The notes beneath the pieces were generated by a model that saw only the letters and a list, made by a program, of their open reading frames with translations, did not search any database and was not told where the DNA came from. A DNA stretch of 64,000 nucleotides from Guillardia theta CCMP2712 (taxonomy: Eukaryota > Protista > Cryptophyta): assembly GCF_000315625.1 (NCBI RefSeq), contig NW_005434672.1, forward strand, positions 647,004 through 711,003. The letters run 5' to 3'. The position numbers and the translations under genes were made by a program. This document shows positions 48,501-60,000 of the stretch, piece after piece. Each line of letters opens with the position of its first letter. Within the stretch, counting starts at the first letter, position 1.

Positions 48501-48962
48501 GGGAGGAGGAGGAAGAGGAAGAGGAAGAGGAAGAGGAGGAATTGAATCTGTGGAGCAGAGCTCAACCATACAGGTCAATATCTCTTTCCAAGCGGCGGTT
48601 AAGCTCGAAGACGCTGCTCACCTTCGCGGTCTCTTCGCAGGAGCGCTGGGGGTGAAGGCAGGCACCGTCCTCCTCTCCTCCTTTGATGCAGAGAAAAAGA
48701 ACTTGCAAATCTACATCCTCCGCTCAAACGCTGAGGAGACGGTGCAAGCACTTCGCGAAGCTTGCTTCAAGCACGCGAAGCTTCAGTTCCTCAAGGTGAT
48801 GTAGCAGGGAGAACAAGGATCCTCTCTGACTCTTGGGTGTTGCAGGTGGTCGCCGTCGAGCAGATCAGAAACCATCTCATCAGCAGCACGACAATGCGGA
48901 GGGCATCGCGAGCATTACTTGTGCTGCTTCCTTTTGCTATCTTCCTCCTCTTGCGCTGTTGA
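45551..48962 (+). CDS. Subtilisin-like S8 peptidase (KP-43/TagC-like) with EGF-like Cys-rich insert and probable C-terminal TM; true start uncertain
   Basis: Catalytic motifs VADSGLD, GHGTHVAGSIAG, AAGND, GRLKPDVVLPG, MGTSMAAPVAAG; C-terminal domain TLAWSDPP...LVNDLDL...NNVERV. Confidence 0.92.
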
Positions 48963-49199
48963 GCTGCTGCAGCCTCCGTGGCTGCCAGCTATTGTTTGAT
49001 TGCCCAGAAAGCCTCGGAGCGACTTCTGACGTGAGGCATTCTTGTAGACCATGAAAGTGAATTGAACAGCACTGCTGGTTGCCAGCAGTGCTGGATAAAT
49101 TTTTTTTTGGGGGGGCTCGTGTCACGGTGTGTTGAGTGTTTGCGCAGCCTTTGTCGTTGCGTGTTGTGTGCGTGTAGGTCTTGGTTCTCCTCGCAGCTT

Positions 49200-49407
49200 G
49201 AGTTTTACTCGCAGAAGGTAAAAAGTGCCTCAAGTGGTTTTGCTTACCTTACCTAACGGAGGCACTTTTGGGGCCGTACGCCTGATGGTTTTGCCAGTCA
49301 GCTCCGAGCGAACGAAGCTTGCCCTCGTTCAGCATAGTCGGGGAGGGGACGAGTTCATGCCGCTTTTTGCTGCTTGAGGCACTTTTTACCTTCTGCGAGT
49401 AAAACTC
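49200..49407. repeat. 208-bp segment bounded by perfect 35-bp inverted repeats (MITE-like)
   Basis: 49200-49234 GAGTTTTACTCGCAGAAGGTAAAAAGTGCCTCAAG and its reverse complement at 49373-49407. Confidence 0.8.
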
Positions 49408-49444
49408 CATCCATCGCTCGATTCCTCGCACAAGGTAAATAGCA

Positions 49445-50335
49445 GTGCCTCAAGCAAGGACCGCGATACCGGCACAGCAGGGGACGTTAACGACTGTTTG
49501 CATTACTTGGAACGGTACCGTCAGCAAGCGCCCAGCCTCCATGTGTCCGCCTGCTCGAGGTCTCTCCGTGCCCAGAAGCATCCTCTGGCGACCTTCTTCG
49601 TTGAGGTGCACGACTTTGTTCATAATGCTGGAGCGATTCTCTACCGTCGTAAACTCAGAGGACCGTCGCGTGAGGACTCATGCACCGGCTGCAGATGGCG
49701 CGGGGATCCCACCTGACCCGGCTGCTGTGCCTGATGACGCAGGACGCCCCCCCGGCATATGTAGTACACATACCTGGCTTGCGCGCTCTCGTCGACTCGT
49801 CTCATGAGCACTTCATTCCCCCGCCTGCGCAGCGCAATGTGACTCCTCTTGTCATGCGAGTGTTTCCTCGCCATGTGCATGCTCGCGTTGCCCTCACCGA
49901 TCAGCAGCGTGATATCCTCACCTTGCACAGCCGAAAGACGTACTCGCTCAAGTCGCAGGATAGGGGCTTGCAGTCTACCATCTTCGCTCATTTTCCTGAG
50001 CGGGACCTGAGCCACTCTCCGATGCGAGTCTCGAGCTACTATCCCCTCAAGGCCTTCCCGCATCGCTATGCTCAGATATCATGCGGCAGTGCTCGACTGC
50101 TATCTCCATGGCATGCCGATCTGCCAGTGCGATCCTTCCGTTGCTGCGCATCATCTCCAGACCTGCAAGCGTCGATCCTCCAAGCTTCCCACGGCGCATG
50201 ACAACCTTGCTCGCACTATTCGCTCAATGCTCAACGAAGCTTTCACATCCCTGGGAACCGAGATCAAGGGTCCGACTGAGCGAGCCCTCGCCGTACTGAC
50301 CTTACAGCCGCTCTGAGAAGATTCGCAAACATCGC
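49445..50335 (+). mobile_element. Decayed fragment of an RLE-clade (CRE-like) non-LTR retrotransposon
   Basis: Intronless frameshifted ORFs ending ICQCDPSVAAHHLQTCKRR...AHDNLARTI, the CCHC knuckle plus RHD-like motif that precedes the restriction-like endonuclease. Confidence 0.55.
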
Positions 50336-50577
50336 GCTGGATATGCCATGACTGAGGTCTTGGCTCGCAAACGCGCCGCCACCTAGCCGTGACCGTCACT
50401 GGCAGCAGGCTCACCGTCTGAGACGGTCCGACGGTCAGTCGGCCGCCGATCGGACTTCCGGGCCGGAGGCCCGTGATTGTCCTCGTACTGATTTTTCACC
50501 TAACTTTGAGTGAAGATAGTGAAAAATCACAGCCTCTAAACGAAGTCTTGAAGGAAGGAGCAAGGAGGACCGCCGCC

Positions 50578-53500
50578 ATGTTCAAGCGGACGGTGGAGTT
50601 CAAGGGAAGCAGCAGCGTGGGAGGCAAAGTAAGCATCCTGCTCCTTGTGTTTACATCACCCTCCTCCTGCACCCCCTCTCCTTCTCTCTCCTTCCCATAC
50701 TCTCAATTCCATTCAGATTCGCACCCTTGCTTGTTTCAATCCTCCCCGTGTCTGTCCTTTCACTCCCTCTTTCCTCTCTCTGGTTCTCCTTTCATCCTCC
50801 TCTGCTGTCTTGACTGGTATTCTCGCAATTTTTTCCTTGATCCATCTTTGAGCGAGCGAAGAAATCACTTTTACACCGCTTCTTTAGCTTCATTCACAAA
50901 CTTTGGATCCTTGACTTGGTTTCCTTCAGACTCTTAAAAAGCTGAAACAGGATGTCGCTAAGACATTCCTGAGTTGTGAAGAAGATGCTGAATTAATTTT
51001 CCCTCACAAAGTCGACATCAGTTTGAAGAAAATAGCATGGGGGGGATCAAAGATGCAGGTGTACTTTGCAGGGGATGTACCGATACTGGTGGACGAGGGT
51101 CGAGGAGCGATGTTCCCTACTGTGATGGCTCTATGGAATGCGCCTGACGCGATCCCTTTCTTCGAAGTTCCTTCCCCAGTCAGTAAATTTCTTTGCAACG
51201 GAGCTGACCTGATGCTCCCGGGGGTCCGAGGGATCTCGCAAGAGAGTCTGCCCAAGGGGACGATAGCTGCTGTGAAGGTGTCAGATGTGGAGGCAGCCTG
51301 TTAGTGACAGACATCGCAGGTCCAAGGCAACGATAAGCCCATGGCTGTTGGGGTCGTCTTGTTCGACCCCGCCACCTGCGACTCAAGGGAAGGAAAAGTG
51401 CTTCAGGTGGTATGGATGCTTCCCGCCCTTCGAGTTCATGCAGCTAGAATAGGTTCTTCAAGTATATGGCGACACGTTGTGGCAAGAAAGCGGAACAAAA
51501 CGACCTAATGAGGGGTTCAAGGAGGATCAAGTGCTTCCCACTGTGTCTCTCTCTTCCATGAGCGCTGCTCTCCCTGCCAACCGTTCAGATCAAGCTGAAC
51601 CCAACCCAGCCACTCGAGCTCCAGACGAGGACGAGAGCTCAGCAGACGGACAGGGAGCAGCCCGTGAACAGCATAGTGAGGAAGACGAGGAGGATGATGT
51701 GGATTCTGAAGAAGGAAGTGGAATTCAAGTCAGTCCGGAAGAAATGAATGTAAGTCAATGAATGCTTTTCGTGGTCTGAACGCAAGTCAGGACTTGTTGG
51801 AATTTTGTCTGTTCCAAGCGCTGAAGACCAAAGTAAAAGACAAGATGCTTCCGATTGAGTCAGGTTTCCTCTCCTCTCCTTCCTACCGAGGCTTCAATCT
51901 TTATCGTTTTCATCAGGTGCATTTTATTTGCAGTACATGCGACCAGTAAGGCCATGTAACGCATTCCTGGATATCAAAAGGTTCTTTCCCCGTCTATTGA
52001 TGTCTTCCTTGTCCTTAAGCTTACAGCTCACTATCTTCGTCTCTTTCTCGCTCCCCTCCTACTGTCCAGCATTTTTCTTACCCTCACCCCGCCTCACTTA
52101 TAGGTCTTCTCCTTCCCTTGAATTTTGTGCTTGCGCCGAGATCCCTCCTCTCGTTGGAACTCAGTGAAGGCTCCGTTTGCAGGTCTTCCTTCAAGAAGTT
52201 GTCAGCATTTCTCGCTCACTACTCTCAGCTGGGAGTCATCAGAGTGAATGACAAGAAAGGGACATTGAAGCTCGCTGAGGTCAAGCGCAACCATCCCAAG
52301 TACCTCGACTTCGCTCCGTTGCCGCATGCAGAGACATACGAAGGAGCGATGGAGCAGAGGCAGAAGGAGGAGGAAGCTAGCAACGGCAAACAGCCTCCTC
52401 GGCCTATCACGTTGGAGGAGCTTCATAGGCCGCACAGGTCCATGTACGGATCTCTCTTCAATGAGGACAAGCAAGCATACTACTCTATCCTCGAGTGCCG
52501 CAAGGCGTTGGATGACTACGTAGAGAAGGAGGGCCTCCTTGATCCTCTGACGCCTTCCATGGTCATTCTTGATCCGATCCTCTGCGATGCTCTTTACGCT
52601 GTGAGTCTCCTCCTTCAAGTTCTCTTGCCTCTCCCCTACTACCTGTCGTTGTACCGCGTCCTCTCACTAGACGCACCAGGGAGACTCCAGTGTTGAAGGT
52701 CCTATTCCTACACATCTATCGCGTGGAGATCTCAAGACTCGTTTCTTCTCTCGTCTGCAGCATTTCTTTCGTATTCAGGTCCTCTCCTCCTCCTCCGCTC
52801 CTACCGTTGCCTGATGCTGGCTGTTCACTCGGCCTTCTTTCTTAAAGGGAGGTCGACTCAAAAACCCTCAAATTCATCCGGCCAAGTACGAGAAACAGCC
52901 GAGTAAGGAAAGAAGATCAACTCCGGACGCTGAACCTTGTGGCTCAGATGGGAAGATGCTGGCGAAAGCACCGGGGATCTACATCAAGACAGACAAGTGA
53001 TGACTATCCCCTCGTCGGCTCAACCTCAATCCCCCTCATTCCTCCTTCTCCCCCTGCCCTTCCCTCCCCCTCCAAGCACTGCTGCTACCATAACGACCTT
53101 GCTCTGTCTCCTTTTCGTGGGCTGCGTATCTGAAACTTCAGCTTCTTTGTGTCAGTCGACGTGGTCACAACGTAACACTCCTACGGGGACTGGAACTTCT
53201 CGGGCTCAATCCTGAGGTCTGCCACCCTCTTGGCGTGGGTTTTGAATCTGTTTCCTCTCACCCGACTTCTCTCGCAGGAGTTCGCAAGTGAAATGCGTGA
53301 GATGTTCGCCGCTAGCTCATCCATTACGCTGCTCTCAGAGAGCGACGGGAGGAAGCAGCATGAGGTACATCTGAGGAAGACAAGAGGGGGCTGACTCGGA
53401 AAGCTGCTAGATTATGTTTCAGGGCTACTGGGAGAAAACGTTAGCCTCCTTTCTGCAGGAGAAGTACCAGCTGCCGTCGGTTGATCCCTGACGTGCTGAA

Positions 53501-53609
53501 GCGGTTGAGCTGACCCTAAGCCTGACAGGCTTTGATCGAGGTGAAGACCAAGGGAAAGAACGCGGGTGAGAAGGCGCAAAAGACAGCCAAGAACATCATT
53601 AAAAGTTGA
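50578..53609 (+). CDS. EIF2D: Translation initiation factor eIF2D/ligatin (PUA, SWIB, SUI1); multi-exon
   Basis: MFK start, FPTVMALW...PVSKFLCNGADLMLPGV, GDTLW, LDIK|SSFKKLSAFL, YVEKEGLLDP...VILDPILCDAL, SUI1-like VTLLRGLE...FAASSSI...FQG. Confidence 0.9.
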
Positions 53610-54201
53610 ACGGCTGAGCCTACTGATGTAACCGTCAACACGATGATCGCGGGGCCCAAGTTAGTAGGCTGGTAACCGCCGCAAGTTGAACCGTCTATGC
53701 GGCGGCCCTCGGAGCGGCGCAGCGCCTCGGCCCCGCCGCCTTGCTCGACTCTGAGACTACTCGGCCCGGCCCGTGATAGCGGCATGCCCGGGTCCGCGGC
53801 TAGGCCGATCCGATTGAGTCGCCGGAGTCGAGTGAGCGCAGCTGAGTGAGGGCCTGGTGACTTCTTTACTCAAAGTTAAGTTAAAAGGGCCTGTGAGTGG
53901 CCAGTGAGCCAGGACTCCGGTGAGCGGCAGAGTGCTGCGGTATGAGCGGGGATGAGGTCACAAAGCAATCAACGGTTTGCCGTTTGTGGCCCTCCAAGGA
54001 AGCGAGCGAAACCGCAGGAGAGGAGAGAAGAGGAGAAGAGAAGAGACGGGACGAGATTGCAAGAAGCTGAATGATGAGAATGACCCAGGCGGAGTAACAC
54101 TCTTGATCATGATAAGCAGAGAGTCCATTTGAAATTGCATTGCGAATTTCATCTTCCAATTACGTGAAAGTGGATAGCCTGGGTCCTGAATAAGCTTCTG
54201 G

Positions 54202-55330
54202 ATGGCTGACGAGGAACCTCAAGAGAGTGAAAAGCATGAAGAGGAGGATCAAGCAACTGGACTTCTTTACTTGCTCCACCGCAATGAGAGCAGCTTCCGC
54301 TTCGCTCAAGACATGCCAGGCATCGTGCTTGTAGGCTTACTAGACTCCTTGGAGAAAAGAGAACAGAGTGCGAAAGTAGAGCGAGTTGCTGCTCTTACAA
54401 TACAAAGCAGTGCAAGAAGAATGATGTGTGGAATCGTGCATGGAACCGATCGGAAGGCGGCTATCACTCTAGAGCGACTTTATCGAGGACACCTCGGTCG
54501 GTTGGCGTTCGAAGTGAAACAAGAAGAAAGGGACGCACAGACTCGACGAGCCTTCTGGGATTGTAATGCCACGCTAGTGCAGAAGCTGTGGAGAGGATTT
54601 CACAGCAGAAAGCATGCACACAACTTCTATCTGCGGAAAGCTTACCTGACGTCGGTGATGACTCGAGGACTAGAAGTTCGCTCGGAACTTGAAGCGCATT
54701 ATCGGAGTATGAGTGAGTTAGAGGAAAGCAAGATGGAGCATGAGAAGATTGAGAGATTTGAGAATGTGATTGGGTCGCTGCATCACATGTTGAGCACGGC
54801 ATCTTGTAGTGGTGTTTACAACTCCCCCTACAACTTGGTGAACCTGCCGGGCGGTCTGAGAGTTTCTGACTGCCTTGCAGTCAAACCCGCAAACGGCGTT
54901 CGGGTTGCCGATCGAGTCTCACCTGAGAAACGTGGCGAAGGTGCTCTACCTCCTCCTTGCCGCGCCGTGACCTCGTGCAGGGAACTCTGCGAGAAACAAT
55001 CCTGCGGTTGGGTAGCGGCAAGGTTGTGCTTGGGGAGGGGAAGAAGACTCGACTGACGATGCTCAACAGACAGAAAAATGGAGCGAGGGGAAAGTGAATC
55101 GGACAGATGGAACTGCCCAAGTTCTGCACGTCTCCACAGGTGAAGCGAACAGTAGGAGAGGAGTTGGGTGGGGAGCAACAGGATAGGAAAGAGGTTGGAG
55201 GAGAGGAGAGGTATGGGGTAGGGGGATGATGGGGGAGGAGGAGGATGCAGACTGACTGCGATGATGTCAGCCGGAGGACAGCTTTACGCTTACTCTACCA
55301 AACCCATGAAAATATCTCGATCAGATTGAA
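54202..55330 (+). CDS. SPATA17: IQ-motif protein, SPATA17-like; 3' exons uncertain
   Basis: IQ-like IQSSAR, LERLYRGHLGR, VQKLWRGFHSRK, followed by NFYLRKAYL and HHMLST...GVYNSPY. Confidence 0.7.
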
Positions 55331-55335
55331 GAAAA

Positions 55336-56385
55336 TTATGTTATCACGTTAGAAAACACAAGGTCAAGGAGGTTGAAACGATCGCAGCGATCAATCAAAC
55401 GAAGGATAAGTAAGATTCGCACATACGATTGCAGGGGAGGCCGGATAAAAAGATTCATTGTCTGTTCTCGTTCCTTCAGTATGGCCAACCTTTTGGTGGT
55501 ACCCACGTGGTCTCTCCCGTCTGACGAGTGAAAATTCGACATGAGGACATGACAATCGAGGATAGACGAGGGGTCACCGTAGAATTGTGGTAATATCGCT
55601 TGTCGTTGTGTGTTGTGTACTCGGTCCATCCATTATGCGACTTGGGCGCTGCACAGCGTCAGCGTCATGACAGACAAGGAGGGGGAAGACCTTGCTTCTC
55701 GATCTCTTCGAACTCTTGAGGAACGTTCCATTGAGTCACATCTGAGGAGTTTGAGGCGAGGAGAGGGCAGGTGTAAAGAGGTACTCGTCTTATCGTTGAA
55801 GTAGTAGAGCCGTCCGTCAGGCGCTCTCAGCTCTGTCCAATCGCCGACACTTCGCGTGGGTTGAGGTCCAGCTACACGCTTGTCATCGCCCTCATGCCTG
55901 TTTCACATTCCGCACCTCGCGCCTTCTCCACAGGCTGGCAGGGAACACAAAGCATAGAGGCGATAACGGTCAAGCTCCTCAGCAGCCACACATCCAGCTC
56001 ACCGGCTTGAGGCCGTCAAGATAGTAACCGAGGCCCTTCCAGTCCATCTTAAAAACATAGCCTGGCCTGCTAAGATTCACCAAGTGCTGGCATCTAGAGG
56101 CATGCGGGGCAAGTGCAGGGATGGGAGCAGCAACCTGCTCTTGGTGAATTTATCGGCTGGGATGAAATCCGCGATCTCATCGTCGAAAGCTTTCTTGGCC
56201 TTCTCGATCTTTTCTTCTTCTACTGTCTCTGCCCCTTGAGTGGATCTGTTCTTCGCTTTCTGCACAACAAGCATGTTAAGACCTTGTGAGCGACTAGCCA
56301 AGTTTTCCTCAGCTTGTTGAAGCGCGAGGTCAACGTCGTCCTTGTCATCTTTCTTCTTGGGGACTTTGACCTGATTCCTTGCCAT
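55336..56385 (-). CDS. WW-domain-containing protein; multi-exon
   Basis: GDWTELRAPDGRLYYFNDKT (about 55790-55850); FIPADKF...|PGYVFKMDWKGLGYYLD motif. Confidence 0.65.
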
Positions 56386-57086
56386 GAGAGGAAGATTTGA
56401 GCTCAACTGCAGATACTGTGGGAAGAGTTGGAATGAATTCTTTCTTTGTTGTTGGTTTGCCGAACCCTCGCTCGACGTAGGGGTTGTCGTGGTGAGTGTA
56501 CATGGAAGTATCAAGAATCTGCTTCCCACAGATATAGCAGATGCCGCGATCTGAGATCAGGTCAACTCATCCTCGACTCCTCGTCACGTCCCTCACTGTG
56601 CGCGCACTCCTGGCACCATTTACCCCCTGATGGAAGCTGGCGGAAGCAGACCTGAGCTCAGCCATGAGGGTTGGCCGGTCAGCTGGTGCAGCACCTGACA
56701 CTTCTGGTTCACTCCGAGGGCTGCGCGTCCTCCATAGGGAGAGTATCGCTGACGAGTGGTGAGCAGCTTGTTCTCTCCCTTCTTGCGGCCGTCTGACGTT
56801 GCTTCATCTCGTGCTCCACTTCTCCACGGGTCAGGACAGATCACCTGTGGAAACAAGAGGAATACCAGGAAATCAATTCCAACATCAGATTGCTATTTGC
56901 AGATATATATTCAACTAAAGTTGAGCACAAGTTTCTTTGGGTGAATATGGTTAAAGATGTTTAAAGATGTCAGCACTGCACCCAACCTTGTCATCTCTTC
57001 TCATCTTGTTCACTCACCGCTGATCGTAGCTTGGAGTTCTTCTCACAATCTGCGCACGGCATGTCGGTCTACCCGTTATGATCGTT

Positions 57087-60000
57087 ACATGCCGGTTCAA
57101 AGCGTTAGACCGTTACTGTTCTGCTCTGAGGCAAGGTGGTTGGTCCATGAACATGGCCCAATAGAGCACCCAACGAACGAGGCGGATGGCGCGAACAGGG
57201 CGGAGGAAGGAAGAAGAAAGGAAGAAGCAGAACAAGTAGGAGGAGGAGAGGAAGAAGAAGGACACAAGAGGGAAGGCATGAGGCGACAAGAGCTGCAGCT
57301 GACGCATGTGCCGGTCAAGATCACAGAATCTGGCGCAGGGAATCCTGCACTGTCGGAGCAGTCAGAGGAGGTCAAGTGCCTGATGGAAGAGCTTGAGGGA
57401 TTGAAGACGAAGATTGTAGTGCTGCAAGGAAACATCCCAGCAGAGGAGCTGACCAACCAGTACCTCTTGCTGGCTGAGATCCTCCAACAAGAGCGACAGT
57501 ACTCCAAAAGTTTGCAGGCCGAGACTGAGACCCTCCGCAATGAAATCCTAGACCGAATCAAGTCACTCGAATCCGAGGCAGAAGACCTCTGCTGGAAAAG
57601 AAATGAGGCCATCGCCTCGGAAAATAATGATAGCCGAGTGAGAGCACTCGAGATGAGCCTCAACTCCATGCGAGCTGAGAGGTTCAAGCTCGAACACGCT
57701 CTTGTTAAAGCTGAGCTCGCTTTGCTCAAAGTCTCATCTTTCCATGTTTCTTTCGGTGATCGAGAGGCATCAGATGTCGTCCAAGAGCTCTGCGAACAGC
57801 TGTTGTCTGAAAGGCTGGATCATCTCAGATCGCTGGATCTCATCAGGACATTCTACGAGCAATCGAACAATGTCATGAATGCTGACTGCAAGCAAACTCT
57901 CGAGGTCTCATCCTCTGATCTGCTGTACCTTCATACCTATGCCATCGCTTCTGACTCTTCTAGCAGTATGCTCAAAGGCTGCTGCAAGAATCTTGCAACA
58001 GGCTAAACTCACCTACCCCACACTTTCGCAACGAGCAAGATGGAAAGGTGAACTAGAGGGAGCTGAAGAGGAGGGTCAATGAGGCGAGTGGTGCAGGAAG
58101 AGGTGTTGTCTTGGTTCGATGATGCTCAAGTTCTCGCGCTGAGAGAAGTAAACACGGTCAAAGCTAGCTCCCTCGGCTGAAAGAACCTCAGCAGGTCTCC
58201 ATGCTGCAGCTACACTACAGGAACGCAATGGAGGAGGACATGAAGAAGCTTGCTGTGAAGAAGCAGAAGCAGCGAGCTGTCGTTCATGAGGTGATGCGAG
58301 CAAACATGCACAGGCACTTGTTTGTTTGTTGGGTTGGTGGACAGCATGAAGCCACGACAACGTTGATATCAAGGATGATAATTATTGACGTCAGTTGGTA
58401 GGATGACAAGCAAGAGATGGTCGAGGAGGCGAAAACTCGAGCGAGTTTGCAGCCGAACATCTCTTGGGGATCTCTTGAGGTTCAGTGCATCCCGTAGGAA
58501 GGAAAGTAACATGGCATGCAGCAAGCGGAAACAAGTATATCTTACATCGAGCATCTACTTGTGCGATGTCGAGAGAGGTCAATGTCAAATCCTGTGTCTA
58601 TTCTCATGATGCCTCAGGTTTTCTGACTTGCTGTATCGTCAAGCCCAACTTGAAGTCAATCGCCTGCACCATGTCAATCCTTTCTTCTCTCTGCATCGCT
58701 CGCTGACGGGGGCGCTCAAGGTCGACGGTCTGCAGCATCCGCGTGATGGTAGCCAAGACGCAGAGGGAAGAGACTTGACGGTAGAGGCGATCATGTCAGC
58801 CCTCAGCGCCTCCTTGGAGTCCTACCAGCAAGACGTCCACGAGCTGCAGGTCCATGACGACGAGGATGGCGAGTGTGGGTAACCAGGTTTGCAGGAGTCG
58901 CTTATGAAGGAGCGCCAGCGAGGCGAGGAGCTGCAGTTGACGGTGAGGGTTTAGGGTTTAGGGTTCAGGATGCGCAAACCTGCGTGACCAGCACGTGCAG
59001 ATCCAACACTTGAGGAACCCAAACGAGGAACTCCGAAACCCCGTGACGTCTGCTCATGCAACACCCGACGAGGATCGCAAGATGGTTGAGGCAAAGAAGT
59101 TGCGAGCAGAGCTAGCGCAGGAGAAGCTCAAGGTCGCCGTGATGAGGCTCAAGTCGCAGCAGCAGAATGTGCTCTTGTCTGGCATCATCTCCTCGCTCCA
59201 AGATTGTCTAACCCAAGCTAAGGTTGTGCTCTACCGCATCTCTCCCAGTGACCGGCTGCTCAGGATGAGGTGGGTCGAAATCTGCTAGACATCAAAAATT
59301 CGCTCGAGATGGCAGTCGCTGCTTACACAGAAGAAGCTGGTGAGATGAGCGAGGAGGAGAGAAAACGCTTGACGAGTAAACAGACGAGGAAGAAAATCAG
59401 CGAGTCGTGAGAATGTTCGGAAGCTTGTCTGAATCAAGTTGTGGGATGCTGCTGAAGAATTACATCGAATGCCTGGAGGCTGAGAATGAGAAGCTCTTCC
59501 TCCTAGCCCGCGAGCTCAAGGTGCCTCGCCCGGCGGTGAGTGAAAGTGACAAGACTGCAGGAGGAGAAAGGAGGTGGAGTTGAAGTTTCGTGTGCGCCCG
59601 ACGAGAGTCAGGCAAGGATCGACGCCAACAACACGTCAGAAGCAGCAGCGGAAGCAGAGGCTGCGAGCCGTGAAGAGAAGACGTTGAAGCAGCTGACGGA
59701 CGATGAGCAAGAAAGCTTCAGCAAGAGGAGCAGAAGAGAATGTGAACGAGACAGTCAGCCAAGAGATGTCAAGGAAAGAGAGAGAAGCACGGAGATTACA
59801 AGAACAGAAAGAGAAGCGAGAGCTGGAGGATTAGATACTACAAGAGCAGGAGAAGAAGAGAGAAGGAGGTTGGAAGAGGAGGTGATGGAGCTGAGAGACG
59901 CATTCAAGATTGAGAGAGAGTGGGTGAGGAGGAGGGAAGAGGATCGTGAGCTGCTTGTTAAGCGCTTGGAGGAGCGACTAGCACGTCTGCAGCAGCTCAG

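Noticed and set aside
49270-49370. Hammerhead ribozyme or 5S/SRP RNA between the inverted repeats
   Set aside because: CTGATGG is not the CUGAUGA core, there is no properly placed GAAA, and no 5S or SRP motifs are present.
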